The position numbers and the translations under genes are program-made. Of a stretch of 64,000 nucleotides of DNA, positions 40,924-54,466 are shown piece after piece (the first letter of the stretch is position 1; each line of letters begins with the position of its first letter). The stretch lies in assembly GCF_964355755.1 (NCBI RefSeq), contig NC_092680.1, positions 8,246,001-8,310,000 on the forward strand. Reading direction: 5' to 3'. The stretch comes from Antedon mediterranea. Taxonomy: Eukaryota > Animalia > Echinodermata. Under the pieces are notes generated by a model. The model did no database searches. It worked only from the letters and a program-made list of their open reading frames with translations, and was not told where the DNA came from.

Positions 40924-42946
40924 TAGGTATCCCAATGAAAAAATTCAGATTAATTTTTTTACATTTTCTTTCAGTTAACCATAAAGAACTTAATGTAATT
41001 AGCATTTTGCAATTTAAATGATTGAAATCCGATTACCCGTTCTAAAGTTATGGTTATTTAAAGTGGTAAAAAAATATACGATTTTTTGCCTAAAAATGGT
41101 GTTTTTTGCAGTTGAAATTAGAAGCATTTTTAAAAGGTTATAACTTTTACAATAATTAGCTAAAAGTTTTGAATTTTGTTAAACCTATAGATATCACAGA
41201 GTTGTACAACTCTATTTTTTTTGGAGCCTCAACGAAACCTATTTTTTAAATTATTGGTCCGCAAAGTGGTAGGAAAGCATTTAACGCTCATTTTTGCTGG
41301 AATTCCCTAAAAAATGAAAAAACTGCAATTTTTCAATGATCTGTAACTTTTGAACTACTGTACTAATTCATTTAATTTTTTTTGTACTTGTTAGAATGTA
41401 GTGTATATTTCATTAATAAATATATTTTAGATGTGTATATGAAAAAAAAAAAAATTTGTTAATGGTGAAATTTAAAATTATAAAAAAAAAAAATTAAAAA
41501 GTATGTTAAAAACGCTGTGTACTTGTTTCCTTTCTTTTACACTAATTTTCGGTAAGTATAATTATTAGAATATTTTAATATACTTTATATTTATAATTTC
41601 CATCATAAATACTATTATATATAACTTTTGAATACGTAAAACAAGATTTTAGGCCCATATGATTATGGCACCAAATCTAAGCCGGGCTGCTAAGTAAGAT
41701 ATGCTCTTTTAAGGCAAACACACAATATGGGTCAAAATAAACTCATTTAAAATAATCAATGTTAATTAAAACAATTAATTGTTTACCTGAATAGTATATA
41801 TAACATTATAAAAATTGTTTTCTTTTTGTATTATTACGTTATTAAATTGAAATACGGAGCTAAAGTTTAGGCCAAGTCACGGCTTACTCGCGATCAGTAG
41901 TCGCTCCCGTTAAAGTATTTCGGTCGCAGTTAATGACTTTCGGCCGCCGTATACAGAGTCAAATGTAACGTTGGTAAATTAGCTTAATAAATTTCCTCGG
42001 TACATTTTAACCTAACGCATTTGCATTGTATACTTGCATAATAAATCTTCCGCACATTACATCAATTTTAAGTTGTTAAATTAATGTGTAAAACCAGATA
42101 TTCTACGACGGAAAAGGACATGTCAATCTCCGACATCGCTGCTGTCACACATCTCGCGTCGAGCCGGTCGAACTCGAGCGAGGAAAACTAAACAACGTGT
42201 TCAAAATATGGAACGTACCATTCGCTGATAGGGTGCATTAATGTATTTAACGGAAAACGCCACAACAAACACGCGCGTATTTTAGAGTACAATATTTTAC
42301 TCACTACAATATTCACCGGATTATAATGGTTGGATCTTTAAAATTTTGAATGGGATTTACGCCTCATGCACCATTTTAAAATGTAGTTCGCACAATTACC
42401 ATGCACAATACGTTTGTAAACTATGTTTTATCGATTTCAATGTAGATTTAGCTATAATTTAATACCAAAATCCATAATATTTTTCCATAAACGGTGAATC
42501 AAAATTGGATTTTTGTCACAAAAATTGACTTTTCGTTATGAAAAACCTATTTATACTATAGAAGACGATTTTCGTATCAAATTAAAGCTTATTTAAAGCC
42601 TGATAACATACAACAAAAATTAATCCGCTAGCTCCAATGGTAATCGTGCGATCGTGTTTTGAAAACTGATGGGGATTTTCCGATGAGGTTTTCAACGCGC
42701 GGAAATCGGCTCGACGGGATTTTAGAACCGTTTTGAAATCGCATTTTCTCGGCAACTAATTCATTATTTTTAATTATAAACACACTTATACATAGATTAA
42801 AACAAGTACTTTCAAACAATATAAATTTTGTAAGTATTAATTAAGATTGAATACGATTTATTTAACATCAAAGTCATACTACTTTTTCGAATTTCGTCAA
42901 TATTTCAAAAGTGATACCCCTCTGTGCGCTTTCATTGGGATATCTA
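40924..42946. mobile_element. 2.0-kb non-autonomous DNA transposon with TAG ends and 7-bp TSD (hATw-like)
   Basis: TIR TAG(G/A)TATCCCAATGAAA matches at 16/17; CTGTAAG at 40917-40923 and 42947-42953; no transposase ORF. Confidence 0.82.
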
Positions 42947-45303
42947 CTGTAAGTGTAAAAGATATTGACAGAAACCATACAGAGATTTCTTTGATATGTT
43001 GTTGATGTTAAGTAATGGTGTTTTTTAGTTGTTGGTATTGTCGTGTATTGACATTGAATGATGGTAATTGTGGTAGTTAATTAAGCCACACTTTCATTCG
43101 ATGGCGTCAATATTATGAATATATATTAATAGTGGTCGTCGTTTTTATTGTTTGAAGGTTTGCTTTGGCTGATGTAGTTTCATAAATGCTATAGAACACC
43201 ATTTATGCATAAATTATCTTCTGTATTCAACCTCTCGAATCCGTCCAGTCGAATCATAATAACTTTTTCTGGACAAAACCATGGTGTATTTTGTTGTATG
43301 TTGAACAGTTAGTATGATAATGGCATACTTTTCAAATTTAACAACTAATAAGTTCAGCTTTAATGTTTTTTACTTAAGTAGCAATACAACAGACTCCACT
43401 TAGACTCTTGGTATATTTCACAACCATCGGCATTCTCTGTTCTGTTTTTATTAATAAGTTAAATTGCATAGTTTATTTAGTGTATTCCCAACTGGCATTT
43501 CAGATGCTGGTAAATCGTTTTAAGTCTTCACTAAGTTTTTATGTTTAGCAGAGACTGGTCGCATGGTCTAGGCTATGGGTTAGCTATAGTTCGTCTCTCT
43601 TGGGCGCTTCATATTTTCATGTAATCACATGACAGCATTTCTCAATATGTAGGTCACAACATCAATCTTTTAAGACATACATATTTTTTATTTGTCTTCA
43701 TCAACACCCTGACATCACGATGTAGTTCACATCTTTTTAGTCTCTAAGATATTTATTCTTTGTATGTACAGCAATAAATGTTATCATTTTCTAGATGTAG
43801 GTCAGGAAATCTATAATAATACAGTTTTTAGTTTTTATTCCCTTGTTTTATACTATCTAGTTTCCTATTTTTAGGGCAATGTTTACTCATTGACTGCTTG
43901 TTTTTTCTTGTTATGATTATGCAACATATTTTATCACTTATGTCATAAGATCTGCTTTAAGCAGTATTGTATTTAATGAGCTTAGTCAAAGATATCATGT
44001 TTTTCTTTGATAAAGTAGACTTAACCAAGTTCTACATTTTTAAACCAAATTAATATTATCCACCTGAAACCAATCATGAGTTTATTATTATTACAGAGTA
44101 TAAATAAATTCATTTTCTAATGAATGTACGATTGTCGTCCGAATTAAACAGTGGGAATTTATATTATCAATTAATTTAACTGTTTTGACAAATTGTTAAT
44201 TAGCCTTATTTATTTAGTAGAATTAGGGAAGAAAAGTTTTATTTATTTTCTTAGGTTTGTAGATAAATCTTTTATTTTTATGAATACTATAGATGGTTTA
44301 AAGTTTTTCTACCCACCCTAAAGCTTATGCAGTTCTAATTTCAACTACCCAAAGTACTGTACATGAGGCTAAACATACTATTTAAATATTTCCCCCCCAC
44401 GTACCCATTCATATCTTGTTAAAACCCACCCCTACTGTATATCTCTAGTCTAAATCCTTAGTCTCAATATAAGGTAAGTGTCCTTCCATTTTTGTAAAGC
44501 ATGATAACTCTAAACAGTAGATCATGGTTTTTCCTTTGATCATTCACTGCACACATACTGTTTCAATGGATTGCAATGCATTTGGTATTCATTCTTTAAG
44601 CCCACTATAGTATTAAGGATCATACACAACTAAAATATGACTGATGGGGTAAATGATAATATCTCTTACTTGACCCTATGTTTACTTTATTGAATCTTAT
44701 AATTTAAGACTTTACTTATTTAAGGTAAGTACCCAAAATATATTATTTTTTGTATGTACTGTATTATCATGAATTGCCTCTTTACATACGGTAGTCAGTA
44801 TAAATGATCATAGGCATATTAAACATATGTAATAATATATATATATTTAGTTGGTAGGCTGATTATATTTGTAGTTGGGTACCAACCAGCATAATGTAGA
44901 CCCAGTAATGACTTGTTAAGGCTTATATTATTTACCTGGGTCAGTTGGAGACCTACAGTACCCACCAAAGTTAGTGATAATTGGCCCATGATACCAACTT
45001 TCCCAGGTAACTAAAGCCTGAACAGTCCCTATGTATCACATGTTCCGACTAATGTAGTACAATATACAACTGAATTGTATGTGTCCCAAGTAAAGTGGCT
45101 GGTTGGTATCTATAAACCTGCTAACTATGGTGATGCAATGTCTGTTGGAATGGAAGCTTTGCATCCAGATAATAATTGCATTATGTCTTGCCCCTTGTCT
45201 ACAGATACCACTACTATAACTACTACCAAATAAAACTACCACTACCACCAGATTCATACAACTCAACAAGTTAACATGAACACCATACAGTTCACATACA
45301 GTA

Positions 45304-46109
45304 CGGCCTGTTTCTATTGAAAAATAAAAAAAGAACGGTTTTCTTGGAAACCCGTTTCGGCAGTTGTTTATAAATAAAGGACGAGTTGCAGCTCAATTTT
45401 TACTCCAAATAAAACCAGTTCCATCCATGAATGACGTCATTATATACCACATGCGTTAGGCAGAAGCGCGATTGGATTTGAGGTCATGTTTACTTTTTTC
45501 GCATAGATCCCCAAGAATTGCCACCATTTCGTCGTCATAGAATGGGAAGTATAGGTAATCACGTCATTAACTGACATGCTATTGTGGTTTTTGGTTAAAG
45601 TATAGGTACTTCGCACCCTTTTCAATTTGCTCGTGACCTATGCAGCCGATATTGTCAAGTTGACCTGCTTTCACACGCTTTACAAATATTCTTTTAAATT
45701 ATAAACATGCGAGTCTTTCTTGTGGATGCCGGCTAGCCTCCCCTCATCTTTTCTTCTCCCCACATATTTATTACGAACCTCGTTTGCATCGCACCACATT
45801 TTTTAATTAAATAAAATAATCACTATCTAGAGAAATAAAAATGACTAGGCCTAGGTGCTATTGCATGGTTTTGACTGAGAGTTGACCGCAATCGATCCAG
45901 TGCAGCAGAGTTCAGCTTTTTGGGTCAAATTGAGACCGCGATTGTGTTGCAGCTAAAAATTGCTCTACAGAAACCGGACTGAGACCAGAATTAATTGGGG
46001 TTTAAGATCGGTTCTTTTTTGTGGTTTTTTGTTGAGACCCATTTCTGCTGGCAAGAAACTGGAACTGTATTCAAAACCGTATTTTCTGCTCAATATTAGA
46101 TACAGGCCC
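45304..46109. mobile_element. Harbinger-like non-autonomous element
   Basis: TIR GGCCTGT(T/A)TCTA; flanks GTA/ATA form an imperfect 3-bp TSD; CpG-rich interior. Confidence 0.6.
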
Positions 46110-46284
46110 ATAAACAGCATGCTAAATTATAACAATAAACTGTACAGTACATACACATTTATATTTTTGGCAGAATTTTTTGAGAATTTCAAAACTACAC
46201 TCATCATTAGTTCATCATTGCAAACTTTACATCTTAAGCAAAATGTTGTTAAAGTTTTGATCAAAAACATAACTGCATACAGTA

Positions 46285-46445
46285 CCATCAATAAATCGCC
46301 TTACCACCAGAACCACAAGCAATACAATCACTTCCACAATCCGTACCATCACCACCATTGCCTTTACCACCACCACAACCACAATCAATACCACCAACAC
46401 AATAAATACCACCACCACTGCCCGTACCACTTTTACCAGTATCAT
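46285..46445. repeat. Degenerate (ACC/CAA)-rich low-complexity tract
   Basis: Runs of CACCAC/CACAAT. They explain the His-, Val- and Gly-rich ORFs here. Confidence 0.7.
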
Positions 46446-46505
46446 AAATGTTGGCATGCTTATTAGTAACCCTTGGTCCGCATGTGTGTTTGTGCGTAAA
46501 TGCAG

Positions 46506-46574
46506 GTAATATTGGCTCGCAGGAAGCAAGTGGCAGCAAGAGCACCAACAGGGCTGACTTAAGCCCTAATGCAG
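46506..46574 (+). CDS. mef2: MEF2 coding exon 5, 69-nt symmetric exon (possible cassette)
   Basis: (G)NIGSQEASGSKSTNRADLSPNA(G); GCAG| acceptor, CAG|GTGAGC donor, phase 1-1. It fills the RPASTG...GNGY interval seen in other MEF2 proteins. Confidence 0.75.
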
Positions 46575-48824
46575 GTGAGCTGAGATGTAGTCTAGTCCTG
46601 CATGAGCGTTTACTCTATTCACAGCTTCATACCTATTCATCCTACCTATACAATCTTACCTTTTTTTAATATAACTTGTCTTGTATCTTGCTTTGCAAAA
46701 TAATTGTCTTGTTCAATTACTCACAATTTTAATTTGTTTTAATTAAGAATTTTATGAATTTCTGTTTGTAATGCATGCTACCTGTATATTAACAAATACC
46801 TAGTAGTACTCTTACTTATTATTTTTTGTTAACTGTGAAATTTAAGACGTTTTACCTACTAAATGTGAAAATCCAACTTTATAATTGAGAAGGAAGTTGG
46901 ATTATAGTATCATGTTATTTAATTCCATATCGCTGTCATACTTTGTCTTCAGTGATTTAACAAATTTGATTCATAAGTCTTTTTACCTCGAAAGCTACCA
47001 GGAAAATTTTTCATTAAGTACAATTTGTCAATAACTGTTGCAATTGATTTTGTTGAAATTAACACATTTTGAAATTATGTTGCAGCATGGGTATTTTATT
47101 TATTGAGGGTGACCCTTACAGCTGGATAAAATATTGGCAGTTGATAATCTTGGAACCTACTATATGATAATCTTAAACTCTATATTGAAAATAACAACTA
47201 AAGAGCAAAACGGAAAAAGACTAACAAAATTAAATAAATATAGTGAACGCAATTATTTACAATATAAATATACAATTGTAATTAATCTGGATTTCTGCCT
47301 TCAATGGACTTTGTGATCTGTCGATCCTTACCCAGTTTTTTTGATAACAACAATAAACAGAGAAATTATGATAATATTTATTTTGGATCATGCCAGAAAT
47401 GGTAACTACTACCTGTGTAAAGTGGACTATTAAATAGTAAAACTCAAAGAACATTATTTGGATAACCTTTCTGCTTTATGCCTTCAATGAACTTTACAAT
47501 CTGTAGGTTTGGAGTCCAGTTTAAAAAAAAAATAATTGAGAAAAGATATTAAATTATGAAAATATTTATTTGGGATGCCATTAAAATTGAACAGTAACTA
47601 CAGTAGGCAGACTATTTTAGTAAACACAAAGTGCATTATTTTGATAACCTTTCTGTTAATTTATGCATGCACACATTTAGACTATATCTTTAACTACTGT
47701 ACACAGTTTGTATTTGTAGTAGTAAATCCTGTCGTGCAGATTAATGTGTCTACTCTTATTTGTGATTCTTGTTTTTACATGAATATTTTTTTTACATACA
47801 TTCAACTTGTTTGTAATGTGACATTGTTTGTAGTTTTTAGAAGGCAAAATAAGGTCAATTACTAATATCTTTTTGCCCATAGTATGCAATAGAACCTAAA
47901 TATATTTTTCCTTTTTTAAAAAATGATTTTATAAAATAATAATGTAAGTCATAATTGTTTAATTATCTATCATGTTATACAAATATGGGGAATTTATAGT
48001 TCATTATATTTCTCAAGGTTATCTAGAGACTAAGATGAAGTGCTGTGTGCCCTATTGATTGAATTCAAACAATACATAATCTAAAAAGATTGCTAATAAA
48101 TAAATCAGATTAAATTATTAATTATTTAAATAAATATAAAAACTGGAAACGGAAAGTACAAAATAAATGATCATTGGTTGATTTTATAGCCATTATAATG
48201 ATTAAAAGTAATCATCAAACGTAATTATCATTTTCAACATATTTTTTAAAGCTAATTATAGCACTATAAACATAAGGAAATATATATAATTGGTACACAT
48301 ACAAAATACTACATTACCGGTACTAAGTAAACATGCAACTATTTGTGTGTGGTGCAGTGTTTGCGGATATGACATGATAGTCAAGGTTTTTATTCTCACT
48401 GATTTTATCTTTAGCTCAGTCATATTTGTGTACATCCTTGTTTTTAGTACTATTTCTATGGCATTCTGCATCTGTTTTTAAATAGGATATGTATGGTGAT
48501 TCAAAGGATCCCCTAAACAACCCATCATACTGTCATCATGATTTCCCCTTCTTTTGCTATACATAATTGATTGACCTTTTAAAAGTAACTGGGACATTGC
48601 CCATATCAACAATCATGAAAAATAAATGTGTTACTGTACTTTATTGCTTTTAAACTTAATTCTTATTTAGTAAAAATACACATTAATATTTCAAAAAACC
48701 AAATATATATTTATGGCAATTTTTATGACTGTTGTAAACAATGACTTTTTGTTTTGGATTTGGGTGTTAGTCGAATCTAGATAACTGACCAAGTGTTCTG
48801 TACATATTGGCAAAAACTATCTAT

Positions 48825-48890
48825 ACAATAGTACATATCCATACAATAGTACATATCCATACAATAGTACATATCCATACAATAGTACAT
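48825..48890. repeat. 18-bp tandem repeat (ACAATAGTACATATCCAT), about 3.6 copies
   Basis: Perfect tandem units. Confidence 0.9.
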
Positions 48891-50920
48891 CATTGTAATG
48901 CTTGTCTTATAGTCTGCAATAGTTTCAGTTCTGGTGACCTTTTTTCCATCTTTAATTATTACACATTGTACAGTAAAAAATGAAATACAGTATAACCCTT
49001 ATTTAGGAGTCAGCAATAGCAGTGTCCAAAAGACATCTACAGTAGTGTATTGTAATTATTATACAAAACTGTAACAAGAATCATCATGTATTATCACCGA
49101 AATCTTGTATGGAATTGTAATACTGATCTATATAGTTCAAGTAACTTTCGACTTTTAAAATTCATGGTATTATAAAACTTGCATACAATATAAGCTTTCT
49201 TGGAAATGTTAATGATGTAATTGCTATTCCTGTTGATCTTACTTTAATAATAGATTATTCCACTTTATGTTTCTGTGTATAACAATAAAAGGTTCAAGTT
49301 GCTAGCATAACACAAACACAAAAATCACAATTTATTTCACTATTTTATGAACCTTATCTAACATAATATTTGTATTCCATCATAATTCAGCAGTTTCATT
49401 AATAATAATAAAGCTATTTAATACTATTAAAATAACAAATGATAAATATGTATATGAATTGATTAAATATTTTAAGTACACTCAAATTATAAAGTATAGG
49501 TCCATGGTTATAATAACTGCAAAATACATATTATCTAAATTGGTAAGTATTTAATTGTACTTAAAAATAGTAATCATTGCACTTCATTTAATTATTAATT
49601 CTGTTATGGCATGACACTTTAGATACTTAAGGTAATTTATTTCTAATTATACAATTATCATTAACTTAATTTAACTGGGTAGTAGGATTTTAATTGCCTA
49701 TCTCTAATTTACAATCACATTGCTGCATAGTCTGTTGAGATATATTTTGTAATGATTTCATCAATATACCAGCCAAAAATAAACTTTGCTATCTAAAGTA
49801 ACCATATTCTAGAGTAAGAATGAAACTTGAAATTATATTCTACTGCAGTTACTGTGGTAACTACATGCTTTATTGCATTATTAACATACTGTATGATTCT
49901 GAATATGGAATATGTGTATGATTATCCAAAAGAACTTTCCAAATAATTTCATAAACAGGTAAAAGAGTAAACAAAATATATTTAAAAAAAATTGAATTAA
50001 CATTATGCATGCAAAAGCTGCATATTATTATTAAGCGTTTATGATTAACCAAATAAAAAATGGTTAAAGAGGAAACAAAATTGAGTTTACTGCAGTAACT
50101 AAAAATTGTCTAATATAGTACAGTAAAGCTTGAGTAAACATAGTGTATTGAAATCCATTATTACAATACAGCAGCCAAAATTACACTTAGCGATATCAAA
50201 ATAGCCAGAGATTTATTCATATTGAATGGGCGGTAGGCTATTGTTCCTGAATCATACCTGTGACACGGTCAGCTAGAGGCGAATTGGCTCGTTGAATCCA
50301 GGCATATATTTTCAATAGAAAGCATAGTGCCAACGGAATTTCACTCGTTACCGGCGGCTTCCTGTTATTTCTCCAAGGACATTTTATTCACTGCTTGCAG
50401 CAGTAACCACACCTCACACAGGCTCAATAACACAATGTTATGTTATAAGGTAAAAGGCGGCAAGACCAACAGAAAGTAAACATAAAGTAAAATATGGATG
50501 ACACATTATCAAGAACACACACTGGAAAAAAGGGAAAAAGTTAAATCAATGGGTGAACTGATAATAAAAAAATGTTTCCTTTTCTGTTTCATATAAAATA
50601 TAAAAAAATTATTACTGGTGGTGTAAGAGTACATGTCATTCAACTGCTAGATTTTTAATACCACTCTTTAGTCTTTTAGAAAATGACTACATTATTTGTA
50701 AATACTCTTCAATATTCCTCAACTAATCTTGTGTATATTAAAACTTAGTGTGATTGTTTCCTATATATAATGTTTTCAGTTTTGTATAATAAAGAAATTG
50801 TAATTTTTAGAATTTCATAAGGAAATAAAAAATAAATAAATAAAACTATAGTAGGCATATACGTCATAAAAATTCACTCATATTCATTCAATTCATTTAT
50901 TCATAGTATCAATAGATCTA

Positions 50921-52016
50921 CAGTGGCGGATCTAGGATCTGACGAGGGGGGGTGGCCACGAAAGTGGCAAACGAGGTGCGTAGCACCGAGCGGGGGAGGG
51001 TTTGGGAGGGGGTGTCCCGCTCCCGAGGCTCCGAAATTTTTTTTTTAAATAGATGCTTACACACTGTTTAATAGGCTAGAGAAACTGTTTCCATCACACT
51101 TAATAACAAATATTACATAATGTAAATTTAAATACATCCTTCCTAAATACTGTACGGATCTTTTTCGACGAACTAAATAATAAACTTTGATCGAAAAACC
51201 TTAAAATGAACATTTGGTAATGCGGTACTCCGAAAATGCCTCGATAGAGTGCATGTGTTGTGTACCGTGTTTTGGTGGTCTGTTAACCTCAGAGATATAT
51301 ACCCTACAGCCGGGTGAATAACTCAATGTAATTTGGTATACAATGATTGCAGTAATCGCCGTGTCTATAACACAAATCAAAATACGCCACATACTTTTTT
51401 CGGCCGTCCCGTGTACATACAAGACATTTCATGTTTATTTTATGCCTATAAAATAATAAAAGAACACCATGTTTCTCGTTTATTTTTATCGTTTATACTG
51501 CATACCATAATATTATACAAAAAACTTTCATGCGCGAGAAAAAAGTTCCCGATATTACACTCCACTCGGGGTGTAAATATACCACGCTAACGCTTGTTGT
51601 GCACACACGGACCAGGGCGGCGGAAATTAACTGCAATGGAAAATGGTGTATTTTGGAGACTGATGACGTCAGCATTCACACGAGGAGCGAGCTTGACAAC
51701 GTGACGCTGGTAGTTTTAGGAGTGCGTGTGTTTTGAAAATGGGTATTTTCCGAAGATTGTAAATCGTGTTTTCTTTTTAAACTCTTGAATTCATAATAGT
51801 AATTGAACTCTTAGCTCTTTCACTGTGTAGGCCTATTTACACACAACTATTAATGCTAACCCTGCCCTAGCTCTAGCTAGGCCTACTCTTCTTAATTAAA
51901 AGATTAATCCACGTCTAGCGACGGTCAATCGCGATTAGGTTGCATCTTTTTTTTTTTTTTGGAGAATTAAGGGGGGTGGCTAGCCACCCTATTCACCCCC
52001 CCTAGATCCGCCACTG
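50921..52016. mobile_element. hAT-like element with 5-bp TSD (hAT5-type)
   Basis: Perfect 16-bp TIR CAGTGGCGGATCTAGG, with ATCTA on both flanks. Confidence 0.87.
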
Positions 52017-53325
52017 ATCTATTATATTTTAGGGATGCAATTAAATGTTCTATTATACCTTTAGAAAAATACTCAATTTAAGCATTTTTTTTACTCTAAA
52101 TAACATAAAAATAACCAACAACAAATTATATTAATTTACTTTAAATGTTGAATACACAATTTTATAGAATTTTATCTTTTACAAATTATGTAATATATGT
52201 TTTACTAGAAATTTTAATGTTTAAATGTTTGACATTGGATTTACATTTCACGCATTAGAGTCAAGTCTGACATTTTAATAAGATTTTGATGGGCTTGTTG
52301 TAGATTTAATGTACTATTTAAAGGAAACCACATAATCTTAGCAAAAAAAAAAATTTATTTGACGGACGTCATGAAGTCTTTGAATTCTGCGAATATTTTT
52401 AAATGGGGTTTTCTAAAGTATGTTTACTTTAAATACTTTGTTTATTTTTTCCTTTACCTTCTTTAGAAAGCACTGATTTTAAAGTTTAAAATTTGATACA
52501 TTAATATGTTTACGTTGAAATTGTTTATCAAGTACAGTACAGTATATGTTAATGCATAGTTTTTTTTTCTTGGACATGAATGTTTATGCTTTAATATTTA
52601 GTTGTGTGTTTGGATTTAACATAAAATATTCAATAGTTAATATTCTAAAACACTGTCAGCGTTGTACCTAGCACACAGGTAAATCCACCAGTGTGAACAC
52701 AGCCTAAAAGAATCATTACATTAATAACCATGTAGTATGTGAACAGGGTCTAAAAGAAGCATTCAATTACTAATTATGTAGTGTAAACCCTATTGTGAAG
52801 CCCTGTTTTCATACTGACATTACGATAACAAACATTAAACAATTAAGTATTGTTATTGTTTAATGAATACTGTTATCATCTTATTAAAATGGTATTTATA
52901 GTTGACTAACATGTATTTCATCTTACTAGATCATAATAATGTGGTTTTTTTTTCTATTTCTAATTTTTATTGAATTTTCATTTATAATTGTGTTCTGTTT
53001 TGTATATTCCATTGTTGTTTTCTCTTAGTTTTATCATGTCATTGTCTATGTTCCATTCATCCTTTTCATTCAATTCACAAAGCTTACAGTTATTATAGAT
53101 AACTAATTCTTTTTTTCTGGGTGGGGAGGGGGATGGAGGATATTTGGTGGAGGCGGTTGTTAAAGAATTTCACTAACAGTATTAATATTAATACCATAAT
53201 ATTATAATAATACTTTACTAATGATTTTTTATTGTATTTAGTACTGTGATTACCACAACATGCATGTAAATATTACTTCAAACTTTTTTATTTTATACAC
53301 ACATTACATGTTGTTTGTTTTTTAG

Positions 53326-53513
53326 GTAATGGATACCTTCAGATTCCTCATTCACAAGTGTTAGGTCACCCAGGAGCTACATCGCCAGTCAGTAATAACA
53401 ACCATCTGATGGTGAAAAGTCCAGTCATGAACAAACAGCAGTTACCATCACCAGGCAATCTACGACCGCACCTAAAAGTTGTAATACCGACGTCACGTAG
53501 CATGCTGCCTCAC
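53326..53513 (+). CDS. mef2: MEF2 coding exon 6, including the MAPK-docking-like LRPHLKVVIP
   Basis: (G)NGYLQIPHSQ...MVKSP...GNLRPHLKVVIPTSRSMLPH; TAG| acceptor, |GTAAGT donor, 188 nt, phase 1-0; compare vertebrate RKPDLRVLIP. Confidence 0.93.
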
Positions 53514-54099
53514 GTAAGTACAGCAGTGTAATCATGTACTCATTTTACGCTGGCAGTGGGAACATAAAGTATTTGTAACAGGAAACCTAATATTATACCT
53601 CAATAATCAATTCAATCTTGCAAATAATAAATAAGAAAATTGTTAACAGTTTTCTCTTTGACTTCCTGAGAACATTTGGTTTCTGTAAAGCTATTGCCAA
53701 CAGTTCAATTGTCCGCTCGATGAATCACCATCCTCGAAAATTCATCTATACAAACAAAATGTCATTTGGTATTACTATTGTACACTTATTAAATCATTAA
53801 ATTGGTTCCCAGTTTCAGTTGTGTATTGTATCCATAGTTGTATTGGACATTTTCTTGTCTAATATCCTTGTGACTTTATGTAATTGGCAATTACATGCAA
53901 AGTTTAAGTTTAGATCTTTAAAAAAGATATAAAATCTTCCATGCATGTCCACTCTGAATAAGATTTGATCTGAAGTTTAGTCTTGTATCCATCAAACATT
54001 AAATGTTTTTGTAATTAAGTATATTCGTAATCGGAAATTCTATAGAGACACTTACATTCTAGTTATTTTAAACTGCTTTGGCTGTTTAGTTTAATGGGG

Positions 54100-54450
54100 C
54101 ATTCTATTGATTCTTGGCAGAGTCTGTCGATTATTGGGAGATTTTGTTGATTGCTGCGGATTCTGTCGATTGTTGGAGGTTCTGTCGATTGTTGGAGGTT
54201 CTGTCGATTGTTGGAGGTTCTGTCGATTGTTGGAGGTTCTGTCGATTGTTGGAGGTTCTGTCGATTGTTGGAGGTTCTGTCAATTGTTGGAGGTTCTGTC
54301 GATTGTTGGAGGTTCTGTCGATTGTTGGAGGTTCTGTCGATTGTTGGAGGTTCTGTCGATTGTTGGAGGTTCTGTCGATTGTTGGAGGTTCTGTCGATTG
54401 TTGGAGGTTCTGTCGATTTTTAGAGTTTTGTTTATTGCTGGGGATTTTGT
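54100..54450. repeat. 19-bp minisatellite (GGAGGTTCTGTCGATTGTT)n
   Basis: About 13 near-perfect units with degenerate edges. Further degenerate units lie at 57890-58010, on the far side of the LINE. Confidence 0.95.
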
Positions 54451-54466
54451 TGTGACCCTAATGTTG

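Noticed and set aside
40400-44735. Orphan consensus donors AG|GTAAGT (about 40410, 40497, 44473, 44724)
   Set aside because: No matching acceptor with an open, phase-compatible, MEF2-like frame.
45960-46548. His-rich, Val-rich and Gly/Cys-rich ORFs
   Set aside because: They derive from an (ACC)-rich low-complexity tract and a MITE end, with no domain or splice support.
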